DNA of 64,000 nt from Promethearchaeota archaeon (lineage in GTDB: Archaea > Asgardarchaeota > Lokiarchaeia > Sigyniarchaeales > SOKP01). Numbering within the stretch: position 1 is the first letter of the stretch; every line of letters starts with the position of its first letter. Shown here piece after piece: positions 20,306 to 30,814 of this stretch. Location of the stretch: contig JBHLLU010000002.1 in the NCBI GenBank assembly GCA_048938895.1, positions 82,394 to 146,393 on the forward strand, written 5' to 3'. The translations under genes and the position numbers were made by a program. Below the pieces are notes generated by a model. That model was not told where the DNA came from and ran no database searches. It was given only the letters and a program-made list of their open reading frames with translations.

Positions 20306-21706
20306 TTATCTCCATTTTTCTATCGATTTTTCTAAATTTTCAATTGCTTCTAATTCGCATATCTTGACATTTTTAAGAATTTCTGCTCCTTTCTTCCTAT
20401 GTTCCTGAGTAAGCTGGCCATTCTCTGGTTCGAAGTATGGAAATAAGACCGTAAAATTTTCGAGATGTATTTTAGCATCCCTATAATTTTTACTTGCTTC
20501 CCTCAAATTGAATCCTTGAGGAGAGTTTTTATATTTACGAGATAACCTATTTAAATACTCCGAACTTACATCTTTCGCATCGAAATAGTATATTCCTAAA
20601 ACGGAATTTCCAAAGATATCAATATTTTCCTCTTTTCCTTTATTTAACATTGATATCCAGAAATCATATGCTTGGGGACCAACATTATATTCTTCATTAG
20701 AAAATTTTATTCCTTTAGCAAGTTCGACAGCTCGCTCTAAAGCTTTTTTTTCTATAACTTCTGTATCTTCTCTTTCTTTTTTTGTATCAAAATAGTAGTA
20801 TATAAACTTATCAAGTATCTGAAGTTGATCAAATCTAACGGGGACTTCATCCCGTCCTTCTTTTCGATAATAACTACTTACAAGGTAACTTTCATTTCTG
20901 TAACCGTTAATTATACCAAATCCTGCACCGTGGATTCCAAATAGTATAACTGGGATATCATAATTATCTATAATTTCTTTAACTTGGTTAAATTGTTTCA
21001 AGGCTAAATCAAGATCTTGTCCAACTATATTCCATTTTCCTGGACTTTCTCTTTTTTGTTCCCATTTTTTTAATTGCCAGCCAAAAGATTCAGTACCTCT
21101 ATAAATTTCTTGCCAAGCATCATTAGGGTTTCTCTCTTTAATCAGGGATGTTCTGATCATTCCAGGTATACTTACTAGAAAGCAATAACCTGTAATACCA
21201 CTTATGTAAACATAATCATGTTGAACTCCCAAAAAATTTAGAACTCCTGTGATTGAGGATATATAGGAGTTCCAACCTCCTTCGTATAAAGCAGGGATAC
21301 TTACCTTATTCTCGTTTATTCTTCTTTGGACTTTTATAAAATCTGGCCATTCAGGCCATTCATTCAGTATTTTTTCATGTTCATTTTGAGATTGATCATT
21401 AATAAGTTTATATGCATTAATTATGCTAACAATAAACTCGATACCAGCTTCGGTTATTTGATATCTTCCCCATTCTTCTTTTTCGACTAATTTTGATCTT
21501 AAGAGTAGATCTAGATGATGATTAATCGTAGTACGTTTGACATTTAGGCGATCTAGCATAAATGAAAAACTTCGAGGTCCTTTTAAGAGATATCCCAATA
21601 TTACAAGACGTTTCGAAGAACCAGCAGCCTTTAAAATCGTCGTAATATCTTTAAATGATTCTAATATTATTTCTGAAATATCATCTGGTGAACGCTCGTT
21701 TTCCAT
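20306..21706 (-). CDS. ArsR-like winged-helix regulator with a large C-terminal domain
   Basis: KRLVILGYLLKGPRSFS...TTINHHLDLL...GRYQITEAG wHTH; divergent from the ABC operon. Confidence 0.75.
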   Translation of the reverse strand: MENERSPDDISEIILESFKDITTILKAAGSSKRLVILGYLLKGPRSFSFMLDRLNVKRTTINHHLDLLLRSKLVEKEEWGRYQITEAGIEFIVSIINAYKLINDQSQNEHEKILNEWPEWPDFIKVQRRINENKVSIPALYEGGWNSYISSITGVLNFLGVQHDYVYISGITGYCFLVSIPGMIRTSLIKERNPNDAWQEIYRGTESFGWQLKKWEQKRESPGKWNIVGQDLDLALKQFNQVKEIIDNYDIPVILFGIHGAGFGIINGYRNESYLVSSYYRKEGRDEVPVRFDQLQILDKFIYYYFDTKKEREDTEVIEKKALERAVELAKGIKFSNEEYNVGPQAYDFWISMLNKGKEENIDIFGNSVLGIYYFDAKDVSSEYLNRLSRKYKNSPQGFNLREASKNYRDAKIHLENFTVLFPYFEPENGQLTQEHRKKGAEILKNVKICELEAIENLEKSIEKWR

Positions 21707-21894
21707 TTTAAAACCTCTAGTAATAAAGACATATTTGATCTAAGCAAATAAAACTTTTTTATCTAAAAAAATAGTACATTTTTCATATTTGTATAATATT
21801 TATAGATTAAAATTTATATTTAAAAATTTCTTAAATTTTATATTCTTAACTTAATTCAAACTACTTTATTAAGTCTACTTGTCAGTTACGAAAC

Positions 21895-21909
21895 CGAAAA
21901 GTTTATATA
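21895..21909 (+). promoter_or_regulatory. Archaeal BRE + TATA box for the ABC operon
   Basis: CGAAAA-G-TTTATATA about 130 nt upstream of ATG 22040. Confidence 0.55.
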
Positions 21910-21934
21910 TATATTGATGAAGATATTAGAATCA

Positions 21935-21956
21935 ATATACTATTTTTTTAGTATAT
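21935..21956. promoter_or_regulatory. Inverted repeat ATATACTA-N6-TAGTATAT, candidate operator
   Basis: Perfect 8-bp arms about 25 nt downstream of the TATA box, where the start site is expected. Confidence 0.35.
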
Positions 21957-22039
21957 CCAATATAATAAAAATTTGAGTGTTTTAAAAAACATATTTTTTT
22001 AGAAAAAATTAAATACAAAAAAAATATCGGGAAAAAAAA

Positions 22040-24016
22040 ATGAAAATTGGAAACAAATTTCCGATTGCTATAGGTGTATTATTATTTGTGATAATTCCTA
22101 TAGCAATGAGCCCTGTCTCAGTAGCAGCAGTCCCCGGTATTCCCAAAAAGCGATCTACAGATTCGCCTCGTTATCAAACTATGTGGATGGCAGGAAGTTA
22201 TAATGGTGCAGGTAATTTTATACCATGGAGTACTGGTTTACACCCAGGTACAGATTGCGGAATGTATGAAGCCTTATTTGGGAGAAATACTTTACTTGGA
22301 GTGGATGTTCCATGTATAGGTACTTCCTATGCTTGGAATGCGGATGGTTCTTCCGTTACTATCGAATTAAATCCTAATGCTAAATGGTCTGATGGTGAAC
22401 CAATTGATGCTTCAGATGTGGCATATAGTTTTGAACTTGCTGGTAAGCAAGCTAGATATAAAACTGATTTTGCATTAAGATTTGCTGATTTTGTTGTAGT
22501 AGATAATGATACAGTTCGATTTGATATGAACCCCGGTTTTAATTTTAGTCGACAAGTCGAAGTTTGGATGAAAGGTAACATTCCAATTATACCTGAACAT
22601 ATTTGGACTACAATTGAAGCTGAAGAAAGTGATGCTGGTGATTTCTCAACCGCAGCCTTTCAATATGATTGGTTTGATAAGGCAGATACACCTGACGAAT
22701 GGAAAGTAATTTCTGGTCCTTATGCTCCTGTCTATCGAAATGCAATGGAGACAACTTGTATATATCAGTATCGAGGAGAAGATTGGTGGGGGCATGATAT
22801 TCTTTACACAGATCTCCCAAATTATTCACCAGAACAAAGAGATAATCCTGGTAAAGAAGGTGGTATTCCTAAATATTTGGCATCCAACGCGTTTTGGGAT
22901 AATCCAGCACAAGATCTTGCCTTTATTGAAGGAACAATAGATTTATTTGGTGGTTATTATGCTAACATCTGGGAAGTATGGGAAACCGCTGATCCAGGTA
23001 GCTCTCAATCATATGTTACTACTTGGTATGGTCATAATCCTCCATATATGTTAGCAGCAAGTGCTCTTATGAATCTTGTTCCTAATCATGAGCTTGCAAA
23101 TTCACCTTTAGGGGTAGCAGAATTCAGACAAGCCTTATCATATGCTATTAATTATGATCCCATTCCTGGCGATGCTGCCTCGGGATATTGGACACAAGCT
23201 AAGCCTGGATGGATCGATAATAATAGTATATTACATGAGCCCTACTATAATGCCACAATTACTCAAGACTATAGAAAATATTTAAATGTTTCTAAAGCAA
23301 TAGAGATATTAGAAGGCATTCCTGGTATGACGGGTAATGTAACTGACGGATGGACTTATAATGGAGTTCCTGTTGGACCTTACACGGCAATTACTCCTAC
23401 TGGCTGGACTGATGCTACTGCATTTACAACCTATGTAACTGATGATATAAGAACGAATTTAAATATCGACATAACGGTTTCGGAAGTTGAATATGGAACT
23501 GTTTATCAAGATTCAATAGCCAATAAAAACTTTGAGTTTGCCATGGGTTGTGTTGGGAATCGGTTAGCAGATCCTCCTGCAAGATTTCTTGATTATCTGA
23601 GAGGAGAGCACTTATGGAATAAAAACCAAAGCAGCTGGGTTAACGATGAATTTAATGACTTATGGAATTTATTAGATGCTGCACCTGAAGCAAACTATTC
23701 AGCTTATTTGAACAGAATGCAAGAAATTATAGCACAAGAAGTTCCAGAAATAGCAGGCTTTGTTAATGGATATTGGTATGCTGTTTCTGAGTATCAATGG
23801 ACAGGCTGGGCTACTGAAGCTAATGACTTCCAACAGATAATTACCTCTTGGACTGATGATCAATTCTGCATGAAAGCAAGATTAATGTTGAATTTAGTAA
23901 ACACAGGCAGAAAACCAGAAGCAGCGATTCCATGGTTTGGTTTAGAAATCTTTCTATTAGTGGGAGTCGTTTCTCTTACAATTGTAACTGTTTTTAGATT
24001 AAAAAGAAAGAGGTAA
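22040..24016 (+). CDS. ABC transporter solute-binding protein (family 5), probably for oligosaccharides
   Basis: Signal peptide, KWSDGEPIDASDVAYSF, FRQALSYAIN, C-terminal TM anchor with basic tail (IPWFG...RLKRKR). Confidence 0.88.
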   Translation: MKIGNKFPIAIGVLLFVIIPIAMSPVSVAAVPGIPKKRSTDSPRYQTMWMAGSYNGAGNFIPWSTGLHPGTDCGMYEALFGRNTLLGVDVPCIGTSYAWNADGSSVTIELNPNAKWSDGEPIDASDVAYSFELAGKQARYKTDFALRFADFVVVDNDTVRFDMNPGFNFSRQVEVWMKGNIPIIPEHIWTTIEAEESDAGDFSTAAFQYDWFDKADTPDEWKVISGPYAPVYRNAMETTCIYQYRGEDWWGHDILYTDLPNYSPEQRDNPGKEGGIPKYLASNAFWDNPAQDLAFIEGTIDLFGGYYANIWEVWETADPGSSQSYVTTWYGHNPPYMLAASALMNLVPNHELANSPLGVAEFRQALSYAINYDPIPGDAASGYWTQAKPGWIDNNSILHEPYYNATITQDYRKYLNVSKAIEILEGIPGMTGNVTDGWTYNGVPVGPYTAITPTGWTDATAFTTYVTDDIRTNLNIDITVSEVEYGTVYQDSIANKNFEFAMGCVGNRLADPPARFLDYLRGEHLWNKNQSSWVNDEFNDLWNLLDAAPEANYSAYLNRMQEIIAQEVPEIAGFVNGYWYAVSEYQWTGWATEANDFQQIITSWTDDQFCMKARLMLNLVNTGRKPEAAIPWFGLEIFLLVGVVSLTIVTVFRLKRKR

Positions 24017-24139
24017 TCGATATAAGCATATATAATTTTAAAATTAAATAACTTTTTTTTCTTTTATTATTACGATTAAATATATAAATTATTAAAGAAA
24101 TTATAAAATACAAATAAACTTCTTTACTATGATACTCTA

Positions 24140-25480
24140 ATGAGATTAACAAAAATGGGAATAACAGAGAAAAAGGAAATTGAAGAACAGGATTCTCTTT
24201 CACTAGATAGAAAAACTCTTGGTATTATTATGGAAGTGCCTGGAGTGATTTTGTTATTTGTTTTTTCGTTTTTGGCTTTGATAGATATTTTATATTTTAT
24301 ATATTTTTTACATCCTAGATATTTTAACTTTTATATATTTTACATCCTAATTCCTGCCTTCTTGACGGTCTTACTTGCGATATTTGGAGAAATTCTTAGG
24401 AGTAGTGATAAAAAGGATATGGCTGTATTTACTACTACTAATCGTAGACTTATAAAAATCATTTCACATTTTAAAAAAATCATTTCAAATTCCTTTTTAC
24501 GTATGGCCATAAAAAAAGGAATTTTCTATTTTGTTGTATTTTTCATCGCAGTTACATTAGCTTTTCTGATACCCAGACTGGTACCGGGGAATGTTTTGGA
24601 ATATATTTATCAAAGACCACAAGGAACCCCTCAAGCAGTGTGGGATGAACAAATAAAGGGATTGGAAGAGTATTTAGGATTAAATTATCCACTTCCTATT
24701 CAATATATTAACTTCTTAAGAAGTTTCTTTTTTGGATTTGATTTAGGATATTCTACGTTATATAGGCTTGAACCGGTAATAAACATAGTTGAAAGAACAC
24801 TTCCCTATACTTTAATGTTAGTTATTCCAGTTTTAATAATTACTTTTTACATTGGAAATTGGATTGGAGCCCGTGCGGGTTATTCTGGAAAAAAAAAAGA
24901 TAAAATCCTTTATTATGTGTTTGTGGTATTACAAACAGCACCTTTTTTTTGGTTGGGATATGTATTTGTGGATTTGTTTATTGTTGAATTAAATTGGTTT
25001 CCTTATGGAGGAACTGTACCTCCTTGGGCATGGGACTGGAATGCAATAACTACAATATTTAATCATTATTGGTTACCTCTCGTAGTTTTAATCCTTACGA
25101 ATATTGGAGGATGGTCTACTGGAGCATATTCACTTATGACTTTTGAAAAAGGTGAGGACTATTTAGCATATGCAAATAAATTAGGATTTAAAGATAAAAC
25201 AATGCGTAAATATGCCTTTCGTAATAGTATGTTACCACAATTTACTGGATTGAATTTACGTTTTAACGGATTGATTGGGGCAACATTGATTACGGAAGTA
25301 ATCTTTAATTTTCCTGGTTTAGGGGCTACAATGCTTCAAGCTTTTAACAATCATGATTATAATTTAATTATTGGAACTTTTATAGTAACTATTATTGTAG
25401 TAGTTCTGGGAAATTATTTAATAGACATGTGCTATGCGGTACTTGATCCCAGAATACGAGTTGGAGGTAAAGGTGAATAA
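24140..25480 (+). CDS. ABC permease, DppB/OppB type, with extra N-terminal TM segments
   Basis: LIPRLVPG, DLGYS, ITEVIFNFPGLG, LDPRIR. Confidence 0.9.
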   Translation: MRLTKMGITEKKEIEEQDSLSLDRKTLGIIMEVPGVILLFVFSFLALIDILYFIYFLHPRYFNFYIFYILIPAFLTVLLAIFGEILRSSDKKDMAVFTTTNRRLIKIISHFKKIISNSFLRMAIKKGIFYFVVFFIAVTLAFLIPRLVPGNVLEYIYQRPQGTPQAVWDEQIKGLEEYLGLNYPLPIQYINFLRSFFFGFDLGYSTLYRLEPVINIVERTLPYTLMLVIPVLIITFYIGNWIGARAGYSGKKKDKILYYVFVVLQTAPFFWLGYVFVDLFIVELNWFPYGGTVPPWAWDWNAITTIFNHYWLPLVVLILTNIGGWSTGAYSLMTFEKGEDYLAYANKLGFKDKTMRKYAFRNSMLPQFTGLNLRFNGLIGATLITEVIFNFPGLGATMLQAFNNHDYNLIIGTFIVTIIVVVLGNYLIDMCYAVLDPRIRVGGKGE

Positions 25481-25485
25481 AAAAC

Positions 25486-26403
25486 ATGACTAAAGAATTA
25501 GAGATAGAAGGAATAGAATTAGAAGAGAGTTCTTTTAAAGAAGTCTTAAAGGAGAAATTTCACAATGCTATGGCTCGATATAAAGCTCAATTAATTTTAC
25601 TTCTTGTTTTTTTAATTGTAGTATTGATAATTGTAATCTTAACCTATATTCCTCCTTTTAATAAACCTGAGAAAGTTTATTGGGTAGAAGGTAGCAGAGA
25701 TAATTTTAGTGATCCAACATTAAAACATCTTTTAGGGACTGATCAACATGGAAGGGATTACTTAACTCGTCTATTGCATGCTATTAGAAATTCTTTAGCA
25801 TTTGGTTTTATCACGGGTTTACTATGCACGGGAATAGCTGTATTTCTAGGTATAATTGGACCCTTTAAAGGGGGAGCTACAGATACAACTACTTCCTTTA
25901 TTACGAATATTGCTTTAGTTTTCCCTCAAATACCTTTTATTTTATTAATGTCGGCTATTTTACAAACTCGTGAATGGTGGATAACGATGCTAATCATAGG
26001 ATTATTCACCTGGCCTTGGGCGGCGCGTTCTATTAGATCTCAAGTTTTGACATTAAAAGAAAGAAATTATGTAAAAGTTGCAAAAATGTCCGGTTTAAAA
26101 GCATCGCAGATAGCTTTCGGAGAAGTTTTACCTAATGTGTTACCCTATATATTCTTGGCTTTTATTATATTTTTAGGTAATGCTATTATAATTGAAGCAG
26201 GAATAGCAATTATTGGATTAGGTCAACAAAATTGGTTAACATTAGGTTTATTATTGAATGACGCAGTAAGGTGGGGTTTGATATTTCCTAGAAGACTTTA
26301 TGCTATGTGGTTAACTCCGGGAATTTGCTTGATATTAATATATTTAGCATTCTTCATAATACACTCAAGTGTAAGTCGGACCTTTGAACAAAGAAAAGTA
26401 TAA
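25486..26403 (+). CDS. ABC permease, DppC/OppC type
   Basis: HLLGTDQHGRD, AARSIRSQVLTLKER.Y...A. Confidence 0.9.
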   Translation: MTKELEIEGIELEESSFKEVLKEKFHNAMARYKAQLILLLVFLIVVLIIVILTYIPPFNKPEKVYWVEGSRDNFSDPTLKHLLGTDQHGRDYLTRLLHAIRNSLAFGFITGLLCTGIAVFLGIIGPFKGGATDTTTSFITNIALVFPQIPFILLMSAILQTREWWITMLIIGLFTWPWAARSIRSQVLTLKERNYVKVAKMSGLKASQIAFGEVLPNVLPYIFLAFIIFLGNAIIIEAGIAIIGLGQQNWLTLGLLLNDAVRWGLIFPRRLYAMWLTPGICLILIYLAFFIIHSSVSRTFEQRKV

Positions 26404-27421
26404 AATATTAAGAAAGAAAAATATGACAGAAGAAGTAATTAAAATAAAGGATCTTAAGGGCTATTATAGAGGATCATTTGGGGTTGTTCATGCTGTTGAT
26501 GGAGTATCATTATCTGTTAATAAGGGAGATATAATGGGAATAGCAGGTGAATCTGGATGTGGAAAAACATCTTTAGCAGAATTAATAACAGGAAGACCGA
26601 TACAATTGTTACATCATGAGGAAGGACAAGTTTACGTCAATAATCTTTCAATGTATGAATTAGATGCAGAGGTTATAAGAAAAGAAATTCTCTGTAAAGT
26701 GATGGGATATGTACCTCAAGCTTCTCAGAATTCATTAAATCCAGTTAAAAGAATTAGAAATTTTATATTAGATGCAATGATAGAACGGATAGGAACAAAA
26801 CCTAAAAATAAAGAAAAAGTTTTAAATCAAGTAGCCGAACACTTTAAAAAATTGGGTTTAGAACAATCAGTTATAGATAAATATCCACATGAACTTAGCG
26901 GGGGAATGAAACAACGTGTCATTGTAGGCATATCTACCCTATGGAATCCACTTATATTAATTGTAGACGAACCAACAAGTGCATTAGATGTAACTACTCA
27001 ACAACTTTTGATAAAAACATTAATTAATCTGAAAAAGGCAGGAATTGTTGAGACAATATTATTTATTTCTCATGATCTTCCCACTCTAGCACAAATTTGC
27101 AATTTATGCATAATAATGTATGCTGGAAAAATTGTCGAAAAAGCAAGTATGGATGATATCATTAGTAATCCTCAACACCCATATACTAAAATGTTGATAC
27201 GTTCGATAGCATGTTTTAACCCAGATGGATCTGCTGAGACAAACTTAGAGGGAATTCCAGGAAACCCTCCAGATTTGAAAAATCCTCCTAAAGGTTGTAG
27301 ATTTTATCCACGTTGCACAAGTAGATTAGAAAAGTGTAAGGAAAACTATCCCCCATTTTTCATTCCAAGAACAGAGAGTAATCCAGTAGCATGCTGGTTA
27401 TATGAGGAGGTTGGTGATTAA
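26384..27421 (+). CDS. ABC ATPase, DppD/OppD type (likely start MTEE, 26423)
   Basis: GESGCGKT, YPHELSGGMKQR, DEPTSALD, C-terminal GCRFYPRC..C..CW. Confidence 0.92.
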   Translation: MNKEKYKILRKKNMTEEVIKIKDLKGYYRGSFGVVHAVDGVSLSVNKGDIMGIAGESGCGKTSLAELITGRPIQLLHHEEGQVYVNNLSMYELDAEVIRKEILCKVMGYVPQASQNSLNPVKRIRNFILDAMIERIGTKPKNKEKVLNQVAEHFKKLGLEQSVIDKYPHELSGGMKQRVIVGISTLWNPLILIVDEPTSALDVTTQQLLIKTLINLKKAGIVETILFISHDLPTLAQICNLCIIMYAGKIVEKASMDDIISNPQHPYTKMLIRSIACFNPDGSAETNLEGIPGNPPDLKNPPKGCRFYPRCTSRLEKCKENYPPFFIPRTESNPVACWLYEEVGD

Positions 27422-27423
27422 TA

Positions 27424-28224
27424 ATGAAGAAGGAAATATTAAAAATTCAAAATCTTACAAAAAAATATACCTCTGGTCTTATAAGAACCAAAGAGACAAT
27501 AGCAGTTAAAGATGTCTCATTTAATTTATATTATGGAGAGATTATTTCTCTTGTTGGTGAAAGTGGAAGTGGAAAAACAACTATTGCTAATTTAATATTA
27601 AGGTTTATTCAACCAACAGAAGGAAAAATATTTTATGATGGGAGAGAAATCCATAATATTCCAACGAGAGACTATTATAAAAATGTTCAAGGGATCTTTC
27701 AAGACCCTTATAGCTCTTTTAATTATTTTTATAGAATTGATCATATGTTAAATCAAGCTTTAAAATATAGTCTAAAAGGTATTGCTAATAAAAGAAAAGA
27801 ACTTGAATCTGCGTTAACTATTGTAGGACTTAATAAAGGAGATATCTTGGGAAGATTTCCACATCAAATATCAGGAGGTCAATTGCAGCGTGTTTTAATC
27901 GCAAGAGCGTTATTATTTAAACCAAAATTGATAATCGCAGATGAACCAACAAGCATGATTGATTCAAGCTCCCGGGCAGACATATTGAACCTTTTCAAAG
28001 AATTAAGAAAAGGAACAACTTATACAGAAGGTATTTCAATAATATTCATTACACATGACATAGGACAAGCGCAATACGTATCAAATCGGGTAATAATTAT
28101 GAAAGAGGGGAGAATTGTTGAAGAAGGTCCAACAAGTGACGTTTTTCTCAATCCTTGTCAGCCGTATACTCAAAATTTATTAGGTTGTTGTCCAAGTATT
28201 TATCGAAAATGGGAATTGGATTAA
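27424..28224 (+). CDS. ABC ATPase, DppF/OppF type
   Basis: GESGSGKT, FPHQISGGQLQR, DEPTSMID. Confidence 0.92.
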   Translation: MKKEILKIQNLTKKYTSGLIRTKETIAVKDVSFNLYYGEIISLVGESGSGKTTIANLILRFIQPTEGKIFYDGREIHNIPTRDYYKNVQGIFQDPYSSFNYFYRIDHMLNQALKYSLKGIANKRKELESALTIVGLNKGDILGRFPHQISGGQLQRVLIARALLFKPKLIIADEPTSMIDSSSRADILNLFKELRKGTTYTEGISIIFITHDIGQAQYVSNRVIIMKEGRIVEEGPTSDVFLNPCQPYTQNLLGCCPSIYRKWELD

Positions 28225-28317
28225 ATAAATGAGGTTACATATGCAAATCTAAAATTTTGTAAATGAGTTCAGTCAGAAAGGTAAAATTGTATCATTTTTA
28301 TCAAGTTTAATTATAAT

Positions 28318-30774
28318 ATGGTGAAGATTTTAAAATTTGGATATTTTGATGATGAAAAGCGAGAGTATGTAATTACAAGGCCAGATACTCCTCTTCCATG
28401 GATTAATTATTTGGGCTGTGAGTCATATTTTGGTATAATTTCTAATACTGCAGGTGGATTTTCCTTTTACAAAGATGCAGGATTACGACGTTTAACTCGA
28501 TATCGACATAATAATGTTCCTTCTGACTCCAATGGACGCTATTTATATATTCGCGATAATAAGAATTCAGAGTTTTGGTCTCCTACTTGGCAGCCTACTC
28601 GCAGTAATTTGGAACAATATAAATGTAGACATGGATTAGGATATACCATAATTAATTCCAATTACAAAAATATTGAAGCGAAAATCTGCTATTTTATTCC
28701 TTTAGGTAATAATCTAGAAATCTGGCAACTTACTCTAAAAAACCATCGAAAAAATATAATTGATTTATCAATCTTTTCTTGTATTGAATTTTGTTTATGG
28801 AATGCATACGATGATGCCACAAATTTTCAAAGAAATTTCAATCTTGGAGAAACTGAGGTTGAAAGTGGAGTAATTTACCATAAGACTGAATATCGTGAAA
28901 GAAGAAATCATTTTGCGTTTTTTGCTTGTTCAGAATCCATTGAAGGTTTTGATACACAGAGAAATGATTTTTTGGGATTATATCGTGGTTGGGATAACCC
29001 TCTTGCAGTAGAGGAAGGCCAATCATCTGATTCTATAACCCATGGTTGGGCACCTATAGGTTCTCATCATTTGAAAATTACCCTAGATCCCGGTGAAACA
29101 CATCAGATTATTTTCCTTCTTGGTTATCATGAAAATGAAGCTAGCCAGAAATTTGATCCCATTGACTCTCAAAAAATTAATAAAACAACAGTTATGAAGA
29201 TAATCACTAAATTTTTAAATCCAATAAATGTTAACAATGCGTTTAAAACTCTAAAAATTCATTGGGAAAAATTACTTGGTGTTATGCAAGTTGACACGCC
29301 TGACATTCACACTAATAGAATGGTTAATATTTGGAATCTCTATCAATGTGTAATTACATTTAATTTAGCTAGATCTGTTTCACTTTTTGAATCTGGAATT
29401 AGTAGAGGGATTGGATTTCGTGATTCTAACCAAGATTTACTTGGATTTATACATATGGATCCAACAAAAGCTCGAGCACGAATTTTAGATCTAGCATCTA
29501 CTCAACTACTAACAGGTGGAGCTTATCATCAATTCCAACCGCTAACAAAACGGGGTAACAATGCAATTGGGAGTGGATTTAATGATGATCCACTATGGTT
29601 AGTATTAAGCGTTGCAGTATATTTAAAAGAAACAGGAGACTGGGGTATTCTAGATGAGCAACTACCCTATGAGAACAAGTCTGGAACGGAACAACCATTA
29701 ATTCACCATTTAAAGAGTAGTCTACATTACATACACGAACGGATAGGTCCACATGGATTACCACTTATCGGTCGTGCAGATTGGAATGATTGTTTAAATT
29801 TAAACTGTTTTTCTGAAGTTCCTGGTCAGTCTTTCCAAACAACGATAAATAAGGAGGGGAATGTAGCCGAATCAATGTTTATAGCTGCTTTATTCGTTAA
29901 AGTAACAAAAGAGTTTGCTAAAATCCTTCAACAAAGGGATTTAGTTGATCAATCGAAGAAGTATTTCGAATGGGCAGAAAGTATGAATTCTACGATTTTA
30001 AATTATGGTTGGGACGGAGAATGGTTTATCCGGGCTTATGATGATAATGGGAATAAGGTTGGGTCTCATGAATGTGAAGAGGGTCAAATTTATATTGAAC
30101 CCCAAGGATTTTGTATTTATGCTGAAGTGGGTATAAATGAAGGCTTAGCAGAAAAAGCACTAGATTCTGTAAAAAATAAATTAGCTACAGACAACGGTAT
30201 TATGCTGCTTCAACCTCCATATTCCAAATATTACTTAAATTTAGGTGAAATCACATCATATCCCCCTGGATATAAAGAAAATGGGTCAATATTTTGTCAT
30301 ACAAATCCTTGGATTATGATCGCCGAAACTTTGGTGGGAAACGGTGATGCAGCACATAAATATTATACACTGATTAATCCATCAGTACGAGAATCCATAA
30401 GTGATGTCCATCGTTGTGAACCATATGTTTACGCACAAACTATTGCTGGAAAAGATGCACCAACATCCGGAGAAGCCAAAAACTCTTGGTTGACTGGAAC
30501 CGCTGCTTGGAATTTAATAGCAATAACAAATTATATCCTTGGTATACGTCCTGATTACAATGGGCTATGTATTTCACCAATAATCCCAAAAAATTGGTCT
30601 GGATTTAAAGCAACTCGCACATTTCGCAGTGTAAAATATCAAATCTCTGTAGAAAGGGTTGGTATGGGTAATAATTCAATAATTTATGTTAATAATAAAC
30701 AAATTGAAGGGAATATCATACCATTACCCCCTCCAGGGGCAGAAGAAATATTCATAAAAGTTAAAATCTCCTGA
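28318..30774 (+). CDS. cbp: Cellobiose phosphorylase (GH94)
   Basis: RRLTRYRHNNVP, GFRDSNQDLLG, FNDDPLWL, ADWNDCLNLNCFS, KNSWLTGTAAW. Confidence 0.88.
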   Translation: MVKILKFGYFDDEKREYVITRPDTPLPWINYLGCESYFGIISNTAGGFSFYKDAGLRRLTRYRHNNVPSDSNGRYLYIRDNKNSEFWSPTWQPTRSNLEQYKCRHGLGYTIINSNYKNIEAKICYFIPLGNNLEIWQLTLKNHRKNIIDLSIFSCIEFCLWNAYDDATNFQRNFNLGETEVESGVIYHKTEYRERRNHFAFFACSESIEGFDTQRNDFLGLYRGWDNPLAVEEGQSSDSITHGWAPIGSHHLKITLDPGETHQIIFLLGYHENEASQKFDPIDSQKINKTTVMKIITKFLNPINVNNAFKTLKIHWEKLLGVMQVDTPDIHTNRMVNIWNLYQCVITFNLARSVSLFESGISRGIGFRDSNQDLLGFIHMDPTKARARILDLASTQLLTGGAYHQFQPLTKRGNNAIGSGFNDDPLWLVLSVAVYLKETGDWGILDEQLPYENKSGTEQPLIHHLKSSLHYIHERIGPHGLPLIGRADWNDCLNLNCFSEVPGQSFQTTINKEGNVAESMFIAALFVKVTKEFAKILQQRDLVDQSKKYFEWAESMNSTILNYGWDGEWFIRAYDDNGNKVGSHECEEGQIYIEPQGFCIYAEVGINEGLAEKALDSVKNKLATDNGIMLLQPPYSKYYLNLGEITSYPPGYKENGSIFCHTNPWIMIAETLVGNGDAAHKYYTLINPSVRESISDVHRCEPYVYAQTIAGKDAPTSGEAKNSWLTGTAAWNLIAITNYILGIRPDYNGLCISPIIPKNWSGFKATRTFRSVKYQISVERVGMGNNSIIYVNNKQIEGNIIPLPPPGAEEIFIKVKIS

Positions 30775-30814
30775 AAGATCCAATGAATACATGTTTATGA
30801 GTTCAAAAACTATC

